A DNA stretch of 64,000 nucleotides from Roseibacillus sp. Its GTDB lineage: Bacteria > Verrucomicrobiota > Verrucomicrobiia > Verrucomicrobiales > Akkermansiaceae. The translations under genes and the position numbers were made by a program. The notes beneath the pieces are model-generated. The model had not been told where the DNA came from. It saw only the letters and a list, made by a program, of their open reading frames with translations, and made no database searches. The stretch covers positions 224,001 to 288,000 of the forward strand of contig CBDEUM010000030.1 of assembly GCA_965242925.1 (NCBI GenBank). The letters run 5' to 3'. This document shows positions 1-9,368 of the stretch, one piece after another; position 1 is the first letter of the stretch; the number at the start of each line of letters is the position of its first letter.

Positions 1-1
1 C

Positions 2-439
2 AAGGCCATCGGCCTCTACAAGGAAACCGTCCGCCCTCCACGCAAGCGCAATAGCGACCCCGCGACCGAGGAAACCAGAAGGGAGCCCCGTAAGGCTCCC
101 AAGTCCGGAACTCGTGTTGCCAAGACCGCGAACGAAAACCGGGCGGCACCCACGCCCAAACCCGTTGATTCCACCCGACTCTACCTCGGCAACCTCTCCT
201 ATGACGCCGCCGAGTATGAGCTGGAGGAACTCTTCAAGGGAGTGGGTTCAGTGCGCGGCATCGAGATCGTCTACAATCACAACACCCATAAATCCAAGGG
301 CTATGGGTTTATCGAGATGGCGACCATTGATGAAGCCAAGCGTGCTGTTGAAGTCCTGCACGATCAACCCTTCATGGGACGCAATATGATCGTGAGCGGC
401 GCCAAGTCGCAGGGCCCGGCTGATTCCGACGACCAGTAG
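2..439 (+). CDS. RRM (RNP-1) RNA-binding protein, 5'-truncated by the window edge
   Basis: The frame is open from base 2. It contains RNP2 LYLGNL and RNP1 KGYGFIEM, preceded by a basic, low-complexity region. Confidence 0.9.
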   Translation, partial: KAIGLYKETVRPPRKRNSDPATEETRREPRKAPKSGTRVAKTANENRAAPTPKPVDSTRLYLGNLSYDAAEYELEELFKGVGSVRGIEIVYNHNTHKSKGYGFIEMATIDEAKRAVEVLHDQPFMGRNMIVSGAKSQGPADSDDQ

Positions 440-458
440 TTTCGTTTTCCCTCCCTTC

Positions 459-490
459 ATCCCCGTGAGCTCCGGCTCACGGGGATTTTT
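459..490 (+). terminator. Rho-independent terminator after the RRM gene
   Basis: ATCCCCGTGAGC-TCCG-GCTCACGGGGAT is a perfect 12-bp stem followed by a T run. Confidence 0.85.
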
Positions 491-555
491 ATGGTCTGGC
501 CCCCTGAGCGGAGAGCACAGAGTATCTCTCCGCCGGAAAACAACGGATCCCGATT

Positions 556-1479
556 CTGAACACACCCTTCCACCCTTTCTACCTGTGCGGACCGACGGCC
601 TCTGGAAAATCCTCCCATGCTCTGGCCCTGGCGCGGTCCCTCAATGGCGAGATCGTCAATGCGGATGCCATGCAACTCTACCGGGGCCTTGAGATTATCA
701 CGGCTGCCCCCTGCGAAGAAGAGCGCCGCATGACGCCCCATCATCTCTATGGTGTGGCCGATCCCACGGATTCCCTTGATGCCGCCCTCTATCGCAAACT
801 CGCACTTCCTGTTATTGCCGATATCTCCTCCCGGGGAAAACTGCCCATCGTCGTCGGAGGCTCAGGGCTTTACCTGAAGTTTCTCACGCACAAGCCGGCT
901 GATTTACCCTCCGCTGATCCCGATCTTCGCGCCAAGCTGGAAACCCTCCCGCTAGCCGAATTGAACCGGCGCCTTGAACAGATCGACCCCATCGAAGCGG
1001 CCCGGATTGATCAAAACAACCCGCGCTACGTGCAGCGCGCACTTGAAGTCAGCCTGATGACCGGTCGTCCTGTTTCCGAGCAGCGAACGCCCTTCGAAGC
1101 CAACCCGGGAACACTTCGCGGACTCCTCCTCTGCTGGGATTCCGAGACTCTGGAAGAACGCATCGGCAGGCGCACATCTCACATGCTTGATCACGGTGCA
1201 ATCGATGAGCTGTCCGCTCTTTCTGAACTCGGCCCCACCGTCTCCCGGGCAATCGGGATCCCGCAGCTGCAACGCCTCCTCAACGGGGAAATCGACCAGG
1301 AATCCTGCCGGGAGGAAATTGTGATTGCCACCCGCCGCTACGCAAAACGCCAGCGCACCTGGTTCCGGCGCGAGAAATGGCTCACCCCGGTTCCGGGGGA
1401 TCTCTCCGAGGAACAGATGATAGCCACTGCGCGCACCCTGCTCCAATCCGGACCGGGAAGAAGCCCCGGAAGCACTTAA
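556..1479 (+). CDS. miaA: tRNA dimethylallyltransferase MiaA (start uncertain, upstream of the ATG at 670)
   Basis: In-frame P-loop GPTASGKS at 589-612, then ADAMQLY, VGGSGLY and TRRYAKRQRTWF. Confidence 0.93.
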   Translation: MNTPFHPFYLCGPTASGKSSHALALARSLNGEIVNADAMQLYRGLEIITAAPCEEERRMTPHHLYGVADPTDSLDAALYRKLALPVIADISSRGKLPIVVGGSGLYLKFLTHKPADLPSADPDLRAKLETLPLAELNRRLEQIDPIEAARIDQNNPRYVQRALEVSLMTGRPVSEQRTPFEANPGTLRGLLLCWDSETLEERIGRRTSHMLDHGAIDELSALSELGPTVSRAIGIPQLQRLLNGEIDQESCREEIVIATRRYAKRQRTWFRREKWLTPVPGDLSEEQMIATARTLLQSGPGRSPGST

Positions 1480-1543
1480 AGGCGGTTCATATTGATTCCA
1501 GTCGGTAAACTCTGTGAACTTCTGCCAACCTTCCCTCACCAGT

Positions 1544-2299
1544 ATGCCGCAACTCCCCGCCCACCGCATTTTTCCCACTCCCGACGCCGCCTCCGAGACT
1601 CTCGCAGCCGAAATCAGCGCCCTTGTATCCGCCCGTGCTTCCGAGGGCCGATCGGTGGTGCTGGGCCTTGCCACCGGCAGCACTCCCATCCGCCTCTACG
1701 CTGAATTAGCCCGTCTTCACAGCGAGGGGCTCTCCTTTGCCAACGTCATCACCTTCAACCTCGACGAGTACCTGGGCCTCGAACGAAACCATCCCGAGAG
1801 CTACTGGCAGTTCATGCACCTCAGGCTTTTTCATCATATTGATATTCCGCCTGAGAACATTCACATCCCGGACGGCGGCATTCCCGACGAAGAACTGGAA
1901 GGATACTGTGCGGGCTACGAAAAGGCCATCTCCGAGGTGGGCGGGATTGACCTCCAGGTTCTTGGTATTGGCCGCAACGGCCATATCGGATTCAACGAAC
2001 CCGGTGCGGCCCCGGACCTGCCCACCCACGTGACCGAATTGAATGAGGTCACCATCGGCGACGCTGCTGAAGCCTTCGGCGGAGCTGCAAACGTCCCCCG
2101 TCGAGCCATCACCATGGGCGTTAAAACCATTCTCGAGTCCCGGCGGGTGGTTCTCCTTGCCTTCGGCGAGTCGAAGGCGGAAATCATCCGGCGCGCGCTC
2201 ACACCGGGGGTCACCCCGCGGATCCCCGCCACCTACCTGCAATTGCACCCGGACTCCACCTGCTTCCTCGATCAGGAAGCGGGAGCGCAGTTGGGCTGA
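1544..2299 (+). CDS. nagB: Glucosamine-6-phosphate deaminase (alternative start GTG 1514)
   Basis: LGLATGSTP, TFNLDEY and LGIGRNGHIGFNEPG motifs. Confidence 0.93.
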   Translation: MPQLPAHRIFPTPDAASETLAAEISALVSARASEGRSVVLGLATGSTPIRLYAELARLHSEGLSFANVITFNLDEYLGLERNHPESYWQFMHLRLFHHIDIPPENIHIPDGGIPDEELEGYCAGYEKAISEVGGIDLQVLGIGRNGHIGFNEPGAAPDLPTHVTELNEVTIGDAAEAFGGAANVPRRAITMGVKTILESRRVVLLAFGESKAEIIRRALTPGVTPRIPATYLQLHPDSTCFLDQEAGAQLG

Positions 2300-2366
2300 A
2301 AGCTCTCCCTTCCAGCCTGGAGGATCGTTTGGCACCGTCCACCCGGGACGGCCACTAGTTGCAGCC

Positions 2367-2789
2367 TCAGCCTCCCCCGCCGCCTTCCTCGTCGCCGCAA
2401 CATCCGCCCTGATCGGCGAGGTCCTCCGCAATCGGCACGCGACCGAGTTCCAGGGTCTTCCCCACGTACTTTCCAATCGCCATCTGGACGGACTGCAGAC
2501 TCTCCTGCGCATCCATGAAATCGCACGCCACCGAATTCTGCAGGAGCGCCTTGCGGGCCTCCTCAAAGTCCTCCACTTCGCCGGCACTCAATTCCAATCC
2601 GGACTTTTGCTTCTGGCCCAGTTCGTGGTGGCGCTCCTGAACACTCTGGAACTGCAATTTGGCTGCATCGTCCTCAAGAAAGCGCTCCACCTTTTCCAGG
2701 AGAGATTTGTATTCGGAATTCTCTGCAATGACCGAGCAAAGCTCCTTGGTCTTGCTCATGACTTGCGAATCGTCGGCCAGCATTGTCAT
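2367..2789 (-). CDS. YlbF/YmcA-family helical protein with a Gly/Cys-rich tail
   Basis: All-helical pattern (ELCSVIAENSEY...NSVACDFMDAQ) resembling the YlbF family; C-terminus GGCCGDEEGGGGG. Confidence 0.7.
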   Translation of the reverse strand: MTMLADDSQVMSKTKELCSVIAENSEYKSLLEKVERFLEDDAAKLQFQSVQERHHELGQKQKSGLELSAGEVEDFEEARKALLQNSVACDFMDAQESLQSVQMAIGKYVGKTLELGRVPIAEDLADQGGCCGDEEGGGGG

Positions 2790-3105
2790 GCCCCATGGAT
2801 ACGTCCCTTTCATCCTTCAGGCAATACGCGATATCCCTCGGAACAAGAAATTCAGAGTTCTTCTGTCATCCGTGGCCCGGGGTCCCAACCCAGCCGATAC
2901 CAGGTCGACCAGCTTGGCCTCCCTTCTTCAGGTCCTCCCGCGAAAACAGGGGATTGCCTGCTGCATCGTGAGGCCGGTCCGCCTCTCAATACAAGCCGGA
3001 CGCTCAGAATCCTGACCATCAACGCCGTAGGACGAGATTCTCTTCTCCCTGCCGGCACCTTGGGGGTCGGACTTCCGGGGATTCAAGCACCGCCCGCTCG
3101 GCATC

Positions 3106-3492
3106 TCACCACTCCTCCATCGCCACTGCGTTGGCTGCCGCATAGTTCCTGGCATGCGTCAGGCTGATCTTTACCTGGGTAATCCCCCGTTCTTCCACAA
3201 ACTCCCGGCCACGACCGTGCAGGATCATCTTCGGCTCACCTGAGTGCAGGCGTGCGATCTCCATATCCTGCCATCCCAGCAGTTCGCCGATCCCCGTCCC
3301 AAAAGCCTTGGACACCGCCTCCTTCGCCGCCCAGCGTGCCGCAAAATGAATCGCAGGCCGCTTCTGCTTCAGGCAGTAGTCACGTTCTTCCGTCGTAAAA
3401 ATACGTTTCAGGAATCGGTCGCCGAATTCCTCCATCGCCACCTCGATGCGCTCCACCTCGATGACGTCGATGCCAATACCGAAGATCTTCAT
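3106..3492 (-). CDS. acpS: Holo-ACP synthase
   Basis: GIGIDVIE, ARWAAKEAVSKAFGTG and ISLTH motifs; overlaps the pdxJ stop. Confidence 0.95.
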   Translation of the reverse strand: MKIFGIGIDVIEVERIEVAMEEFGDRFLKRIFTTEERDYCLKQKRPAIHFAARWAAKEAVSKAFGTGIGELLGWQDMEIARLHSGEPKMILHGRGREFVEERGITQVKISLTHARNYAAANAVAMEEW

Positions 3493-4238
3493 GCCTCCCC
3501 GGGGTATCCCTGCATGGCTTCCGCCATTTCCCGCACCGCCTGCTCCAGACCTGTCGTGATGGCCCGGGAAACAATGCTGTGACCGATGTTGAGTTCCAGG
3601 AGGTGAGGCACCTTGAAGAGTTCCCCTATATTGCGGTAGTTGATACCGTGTCCGGCATTAACCTGTAATCCCAGTTCGTGACCAAGTCGGGCACCGTCTA
3701 CCAGTCTCTCGATTTCATCCACGTGATCTTCTCCGACCGAATTCGCGAAGCAGCCGGTGTGCAATTCTATCATATCCGCTTCGATTTCGGCGGAGGCGCG
3801 GATCTGTTCCTCGTCCGGATCAATGAACATGCTCACCATGCCTCCCCCCCTTCGGAGAGTGGTCACCGTGGCACGCAGGCTCTCCTGCTGCCCCGCCACG
3901 TCGAGGCCACCCTCGGTCGTGATCTCCTGCCGGTTCTCGGGAACCAGGCACACGAAATCCGGTCCCAGTCTCAGCGCGATCTCCAGCATTTCAGCCGTGC
4001 TCGCCATCTCAAAGTTGATCGGCAGATCGCAGGCCTTCTTCACCCGTGACACATCCTCCTCCTGCACGTGCCTCCGATCCCCCCGCACGTGCATGGTTAT
4101 GGAATCCGCCCCACCCGTCCTGGCTGCCAGGGCCGCCGCCACGATGTCCGGTTCGGCATTGGGCGAATCGAGCATGGTGGCATAGCGGGCCTGCCTCAAC
4201 GTGCTGACGTGATCTATGTTAACTCCAAGTTTCAGCAT
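3489..4238 (-). CDS. pdxJ: Pyridoxine 5'-phosphate synthase
   Basis: LGVNIDHVSTLRQAR, TTEGGLDV, NAGHG and ELNIGHSI motifs. Confidence 0.96.
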   Translation of the reverse strand: MLKLGVNIDHVSTLRQARYATMLDSPNAEPDIVAAALAARTGGADSITMHVRGDRRHVQEEDVSRVKKACDLPINFEMASTAEMLEIALRLGPDFVCLVPENRQEITTEGGLDVAGQQESLRATVTTLRRGGGMVSMFIDPDEEQIRASAEIEADMIELHTGCFANSVGEDHVDEIERLVDGARLGHELGLQVNAGHGINYRNIGELFKVPHLLELNIGHSIVSRAITTGLEQAVREMAEAMQGYPGEA

Positions 4239-4274
4239 TTCAGGTCGCGGAACTCTAAGATCATGAATCCTTCG

Positions 4275-5819
4275 CTAATGACGGAAGTGGCGATGTCCAG
4301 TAAAGACCATCGAGAGGCCCGCCTCGTTTGCAGCTGTAATGACCTCTTCATCACGCACCGATCCTCCCGGTTGAATACAGGCGGTGGCCCCGGCCTTGAT
4401 GGCCGCTTCCAGTCCGTCCGCAAAGGGGAACATCGCATCGGAGGCGATGACGCTCCCCTTCAGGGACAATCCGGCCTCCTCCGCTTTCCAAGCCGCGATG
4501 CGCGAGGAATCCACTCGGCTCATCTGGCCGGCTCCGATCCCGATCGTGCTGTCGGTGGAGGCAAACACAATGGCATTTGATTTCACATGCTTCACCACCC
4601 GCCAGGCAAACCGCATGGCCCGCAGTTCCTCCTCGGTGGGCGGGCGCTCAGTGACCACCTTTTCCTCCAGTTTATCGAGCCCCATGGCGGTGTGATCCCG
4701 ATCCATCACCATCAGTCCGCCGGGGGCTGAGCGCAGGAGCGGCTCCTTTTTCGCCCGCTGATATGCTTCGTGCATCTTCATCAGGCGCAGGTTCTTCTTC
4801 TTCTGGAGGATTGCCCGCGCTTCCGATTCAAAATCGGGAGCAATGATGACGTCCGTGAAAATCTCGCTGATCATCCGCGCCAGACTCTCGGTGAGCGGGC
4901 GATTACAGACGATCACGCCGCCAAAGGGAGCCTGTCGGTCCGTCTCAAAGGCCTTCTGCCACGCCATCCGGAGATCCTCGTCATCCTGTCCCACCCCACA
5001 CGGATTGGTGTGTTTCAGGATCGCCACTGTCGGTCGCCGGAAATCGAGAATGAGATCGGCAGCTGCTTCAATGTCCAGGATATTGGTGTAACTGAGTTCC
5101 TTCCCCTGCAGTTTGCTGAAGTGGTCGCCAAACGAACCGTAGAGCCGGGCCTTCTGGTGTGGATTGTCGCCATAACGCAACTCCCGCTCCAAGGGCAGCA
5201 TGGTCGAGAAACACGCCGTAGTGCTGTCGTCGCACTTGCCGAGATAGTTCGCGATCGCAGTGTCATACTCCGCCGTGCGCTTGAAGACCTTGAGCGACAA
5301 TTCCTCCCTCAACCGCAGGCTGGTGTCCCCCTCGTGACTCCGCATCTCCTCCAGCACACGTTCGTAATCCTCCGGGTCGGTCACCACCGTCACGGAAGTG
5401 GCATTCTTGGCCGCGCTCCGCAGCATGGAGGGCCCCCCGATATCAATATTCTCGATGGCTTCCTCCATGGTCACCTCCTCCTTCGAAACGGTCTCCTCGA
5501 ATGGGTAGAGATTGACTACTGCCAAGTCGATCGGCTCGATCCCGTTCTCCTTCGCCTGACGCAGGTGCTCCTCGGAATCACGCTTGTGCAGGAGTCCGCC
5601 GTGCACCTTGGGATGCAGGGTCTTGACCCGTCCCTCGAACAACTCCGGCGCCTCCGTATAATCGGATACATCGATCACCGGCAGATCCGCATCGCGCAGG
5701 GCCTTCGCGGTCCCTCCGGTCGAGAGCAGCTCCACCTGGAACTCCTCATGCAGAGTTCTCGCAAAATCGACCAGACCCGTCTTGCTCGAGACCGAGAGGA
5801 GCGCGCGTTGGATTGCCAT
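4275..5819 (-). CDS. purH: Bifunctional AICAR transformylase/IMP cyclohydrolase
   Basis: GRVKTLHP, IDIGGPSMLRSAAKN, KHTNPCG and a C-terminal FTGHRHFRH. Confidence 0.97.
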   Translation of the reverse strand: MAIQRALLSVSSKTGLVDFARTLHEEFQVELLSTGGTAKALRDADLPVIDVSDYTEAPELFEGRVKTLHPKVHGGLLHKRDSEEHLRQAKENGIEPIDLAVVNLYPFEETVSKEEVTMEEAIENIDIGGPSMLRSAAKNATSVTVVTDPEDYERVLEEMRSHEGDTSLRLREELSLKVFKRTAEYDTAIANYLGKCDDSTTACFSTMLPLERELRYGDNPHQKARLYGSFGDHFSKLQGKELSYTNILDIEAAADLILDFRRPTVAILKHTNPCGVGQDDEDLRMAWQKAFETDRQAPFGGVIVCNRPLTESLARMISEIFTDVIIAPDFESEARAILQKKKNLRLMKMHEAYQRAKKEPLLRSAPGGLMVMDRDHTAMGLDKLEEKVVTERPPTEEELRAMRFAWRVVKHVKSNAIVFASTDSTIGIGAGQMSRVDSSRIAAWKAEEAGLSLKGSVIASDAMFPFADGLEAAIKAGATACIQPGGSVRDEEVITAANEAGLSMVFTGHRHFRH

Positions 5820-5827
5820 TTGCCCGG

Positions 5828-5856
5828 TCCCTAGCCCCCCGTCCCACCCACCGCAA
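5828..5856 (-). promoter_or_regulatory. Sigma70-like promoter of purH (near-leaderless)
   Basis: TTGCGG-17 nt-TAGGGA, ending 8 nt before the ATG. Confidence 0.55.
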
Positions 5857-6036
5857 GCGCATTATCCCGCTTCTTCCGCCTTGACGCGGTGCCGGAACTC
5901 CTCAGGCCCTGCTCTTCCCCCATTTTAGCCGCCCGGGACGGCCTTGCGCAATTTCTTCAACTCCTCCCCCTTGAGGTCCTTCCCTGAAGGTCGCACCCAT
6001 GGAAAAAGGCACGCAATCCCTGAAGGTGCCGGGCAT

Positions 6037-6831
6037 TCAAGCGGGATTCGTTCTCGGGGCAATTCGTCCTCTACCCCTTTCCTCACCCCCACACACCATC
6101 AGCCAATCCCATGGCCTCACGCCTTCCAGCCAGCGGGGTGGATTCTCGATCTCCTCCGACCAAGGATACTCCACTCTCCGAATCCTGCGAACACGCAGAT
6201 CCTGCTGCGCCAGGGTCGCAATCAACTCTTCCCGCATCCAGTACTTGGTGGGGGTTCCACCCACCCGGACGATCCCGTCCGTAAATGATTGGAGTTCTGC
6301 TCCCATCAGACGCTCGGCCTCGTCCGCACTCAGACCATCCGGCGGCCCCGAGCGCTCCCGGATCCTCCGGAGCGTATGATAGACGTGAAATACAGACTCA
6401 AAAGCCGGCACCACGATGATTGCCACTCCCTGTTTCCGCATCGCCGAGCGCAGGGATCGCAACATGCCGCGACGCCTGCCACTGTCCGGATCGATCAGGG
6501 CATTGATGCAACAGACCACCTCGACCCGGAAAGGTAACTCCAAGCCCCGGCTCAAATCATGGCAGGCATAGCTGACCTTTTTGCTCCGGCATCGCTGCCG
6601 GGCGCGATCGAGCAACTGCTCGGCATAGTCAACCGCGATCACCTCCTCGAAATGTCTCGCCAGTAGCGGAAGCAGGCTGCCTGGCCCACACCCGAGATCG
6701 GCAACGCGTATTCCCTCTCCCCCCAGAGCCTCCAGTTCCTCACTCAGGGCCCCGGCCCGGTCTTCCCGGGCGATTTCTAACAGATTCTCCTCATAGCAAT
6801 CCGCCAGCGAGTCCCAATAGTTGCGATCCAC
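6037..6831 (-). CDS. Class I SAM-dependent methyltransferase
   Basis: Motif I VADLGCGPG, followed by AVDYA and CHDLS. Confidence 0.85.
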   Translation of the reverse strand: MDRNYWDSLADCYEENLLEIAREDRAGALSEELEALGGEGIRVADLGCGPGSLLPLLARHFEEVIAVDYAEQLLDRARQRCRSKKVSYACHDLSRGLELPFRVEVVCCINALIDPDSGRRRGMLRSLRSAMRKQGVAIIVVPAFESVFHVYHTLRRIRERSGPPDGLSADEAERLMGAELQSFTDGIVRVGGTPTKYWMREELIATLAQQDLRVRRIRRVEYPWSEEIENPPRWLEGVRPWDWLMVCGGEERGRGRIAPRTNPA

Positions 6832-6968
6832 ACCACATCAAAGTGCAAAAGCCCCGGCGAGACGACCAAGAACTGCCTCTTGGGGACAACATATCATCAG
6901 ACAAACGGTTTTTCGTGCGTGGTCTCTCGCCGGGAACATGATAACTGGAGACCCTCCTCTCCTGACCA

Positions 6969-8153
6969 GTGTTCGAGCTTCTAGCCACCGATGCCACCAC
7001 CAGGGCCCGCCGCGGTCGACTCACCACTGCGCACGGCACAGTCGAAACCCCGGTCTTCATGCCGGTGGGCACCCAGGGTTCGGTCAAGACCCTGCATCCC
7101 GATGAACTGCGCCTTCTCGATGCCCAAATCATTCTCGGCAATACCTACCACCTCTGGCTGCGTCCCGGGGAGGAAACCATCCGTGAACTCGGTGGACTCC
7201 ACCGCTTCAGTGCCTGGGATCGTCCCCTCCTTACCGACTCGGGAGGCTTTCAGGTCTGGTCCCTCGCCAAAACCCGCAGGATCTCCGAGGAGGGTGTCCA
7301 CTTCCAGAACCACCTCGACGGCTCTCCGGCTCTCCTCACCCCTGAAAAGAGCATGGAGATCCAGGCCTCCCTCGGTGCCGACATTGCCATGGTCTTCGAC
7401 GAGTGTCCCCCCTTCCCCTGCGAGCGGAACTATGCCGAAAAATCCACCTCCCTCACCACCCGCTGGGCCGAACGTTGCCTGAAGTGGCACGAGGAGAATG
7501 CCGCCCATCACTATCCCGTCCCCCCCCCCACGGCTCAGAGAGATCTGACCCCTCAGGCCTCAAAAGTTGATCCCAAACGCCAGCTTTGCTTTGGAATCGT
7601 CCAGGGCTCCGCCTATGCCGACCTGCGGGAGTCATCCGCCCGCGACCTCTGTGCGCTCAACTTTGACGGCTATGCCATCGGCGGCGTCTCCGTGGGAGAA
7701 CCGGAAGAAGAGATGTTTCGTGCAGTCGATCACAGCGAACCCTTCCTCCCGTCCCACAAACCTCGTTACGCAATGGGACTGGGCACTCCTCCCCAGATAC
7801 TGGAAATGATTGCGCGGGGGGTGGACATGTTCGATTGCGTGCACCCCACCCGCTCCGCTCGCCACGGCCTGGCCTTCACTCCCGATGGTCCGATTCACAT
7901 AAAGAATGCCTGCTTCGAACGTGATCAGGCTCCCCTGACCGGGGATTGCCACCCCCATCTGGCCGACTTCTCCCGTGCCTACCTCCGCCATCTCTTCAAG
8001 GCGGGAGAAATGCTGGCTTTGCGATTGCTTTCTTTTCATAATCTTGATTTTTACCTTCGCCTGATGCGCGGCGCGAGAGAGGCCATCAATGCCGGTGCCT
8101 TCCGAGAATTCCAGTCCTCCTTCTGCGAGCGCTACAACCACCAGACCGAATGA
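6969..8153 (+). CDS. tgt: tRNA-guanine transglycosylase
   Basis: TPVFMPVGTQG, LTDSGGFQV, FGIVQG and DMFDCVHPTR motifs; tgt-yajC-secDF context. Confidence 0.96.
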   Translation: MFELLATDATTRARRGRLTTAHGTVETPVFMPVGTQGSVKTLHPDELRLLDAQIILGNTYHLWLRPGEETIRELGGLHRFSAWDRPLLTDSGGFQVWSLAKTRRISEEGVHFQNHLDGSPALLTPEKSMEIQASLGADIAMVFDECPPFPCERNYAEKSTSLTTRWAERCLKWHEENAAHHYPVPPPTAQRDLTPQASKVDPKRQLCFGIVQGSAYADLRESSARDLCALNFDGYAIGGVSVGEPEEEMFRAVDHSEPFLPSHKPRYAMGLGTPPQILEMIARGVDMFDCVHPTRSARHGLAFTPDGPIHIKNACFERDQAPLTGDCHPHLADFSRAYLRHLFKAGEMLALRLLSFHNLDFYLRLMRGAREAINAGAFREFQSSFCERYNHQTE

Positions 8154-8530
8154 AGCATTATTCCATCATCGCCGCCGCTCCACCAACAGGTGAGGCCAGT
8201 CAGAATCCCATGGGGAGCATGTGGATCATGCTCATCCTGATGTTCGTGATCATGTATTTTCTCATCATCCGCCCCCAGTCCAAGCAAAAGAAGGAACAGG
8301 CTCAGCGGGTGGCCTCTATTGAGAAGGGCGACAAGATCGTCACCATCGGCGGCCTGCATGGTGCCGTCCATCACATCTCCAAGACCACCGTGACGGTGAA
8401 ACTCTCCGAGGGGGTCTTCGTCCCCTTCGAGAAGGATGCCATCCGTTCGGTTGCCAAGGTTGGCAAGGGAGGGAAGAAGGAGCAGGAGGAAGAACCCGGG
8501 GAAGAGGAGATCGCTGACGACAAGGAGTAG
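8150..8530 (+). CDS. yajC: Preprotein translocase subunit YajC
   Basis: TM segment then YFLIIRPQSK and GDKIVTIGGLHG. Confidence 0.95.
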   Translation: MKHYSIIAAAPPTGEASQNPMGSMWIMLILMFVIMYFLIIRPQSKQKKEQAQRVASIEKGDKIVTIGGLHGAVHHISKTTVTVKLSEGVFVPFEKDAIRSVAKVGKGGKKEQEEEPGEEEIADDKE

Positions 8531-8554
8531 TATTGTTCGCTCGTTCCCTGATCG

Positions 8555-9322
8555 ATGCGCATTTCCCTCCCACTTGTCGTTGTCCTTCTCCCCTGTGTCT
8601 GCCTGTCCCTCACGGGATGCAAATCGGAGAGCAGGCCCAACTTCGAGGCCGACCTCTCCCTTCCTCCGGACAATCCCGACTTGTCCGAGACCACTCTGGT
8701 GGCCGAGTTGGAGGCCCGTGCCGAATTGCTTGAAATGAGGCTTGAGATCAAACCCGGCGAGGAACTCGATCGCCGCCTCACGGTGCGGTTCCGCGCCGAA
8801 GACAAGGAGGACGCCCTGACCTGGCTCGATGCCCTCTGCCAGAGCGGCAGGGTCAGCATCCGTGCGGTGCACGACCGCAGCGCCTATCTCACCGACATCA
8901 TTCACAAGGACCCCTCCCAATTCCCCCCGGACCACGAAATCCACACCTATCGGATCGAAGCGGGCGACGTCCCGAGAAGTGAAAAACTGGCCGTAGCCCG
9001 TGCCGAAATTCTCGACAACAGCCATGTGAAAAGCGCGCTTGCGACCCGCGGAAAGCAGCACACGGTTCATATCTCCTTGACTACCAGCGGCGGAGACCGA
9101 ATTCGGGCTGCCACCGAAAAAATGCAAAAAGGCCGCTCTCGGCTTGCCATCATCTACGATGAACGGATTATCAGCGCCCCGGTCGTCACCCAAGAATTGT
9201 GGACCCCGGTAACCCTTGAAGGATTCAACTCCTTTGAGGAAGCCCAGGCCCTCGCCGCCGCGCTCAACAAGCCCCTTTCCGCCAAACTCCTGATCGAATC
9301 ACTGATGCCGCTTGCGCGATAG
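8555..9322 (+). CDS. Predicted lipoprotein homologous to the SecD P1 periplasmic domain
   Basis: Signal peptide with lipobox LTGC. RAVH...SGG...RLAIIYDERIISAPVV...EEAQALAAAL aligns by eye with P1 of the adjacent SecDF. Confidence 0.8.
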   Translation: MRISLPLVVVLLPCVCLSLTGCKSESRPNFEADLSLPPDNPDLSETTLVAELEARAELLEMRLEIKPGEELDRRLTVRFRAEDKEDALTWLDALCQSGRVSIRAVHDRSAYLTDIIHKDPSQFPPDHEIHTYRIEAGDVPRSEKLAVARAEILDNSHVKSALATRGKQHTVHISLTTSGGDRIRAATEKMQKGRSRLAIIYDERIISAPVVTQELWTPVTLEGFNSFEEAQALAAALNKPLSAKLLIESLMPLAR

Positions 9323-9368
9323 GCCAAGAAGCCTCAATGGTCTCCAACTCCCACGCATCTTCCACAAA

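Noticed and set aside
2820..3105. Possible ncRNA (RNase P-like GAAGTCCG) or small ORFs between acpS and the YlbF-like gene
   Set aside because: It lacks GAGGAAAGUCC and the matching 3' P4 strand, has no tmRNA/SRP/6S hallmarks, and the ORFs show no recognisable motif.
5925..5990. Minus-strand peptide ...GEELKKLRKAVPGG* resembling an LRR-protein C-terminal cap remnant
   Set aside because: It is too short, with no supported start and no upstream repeats.
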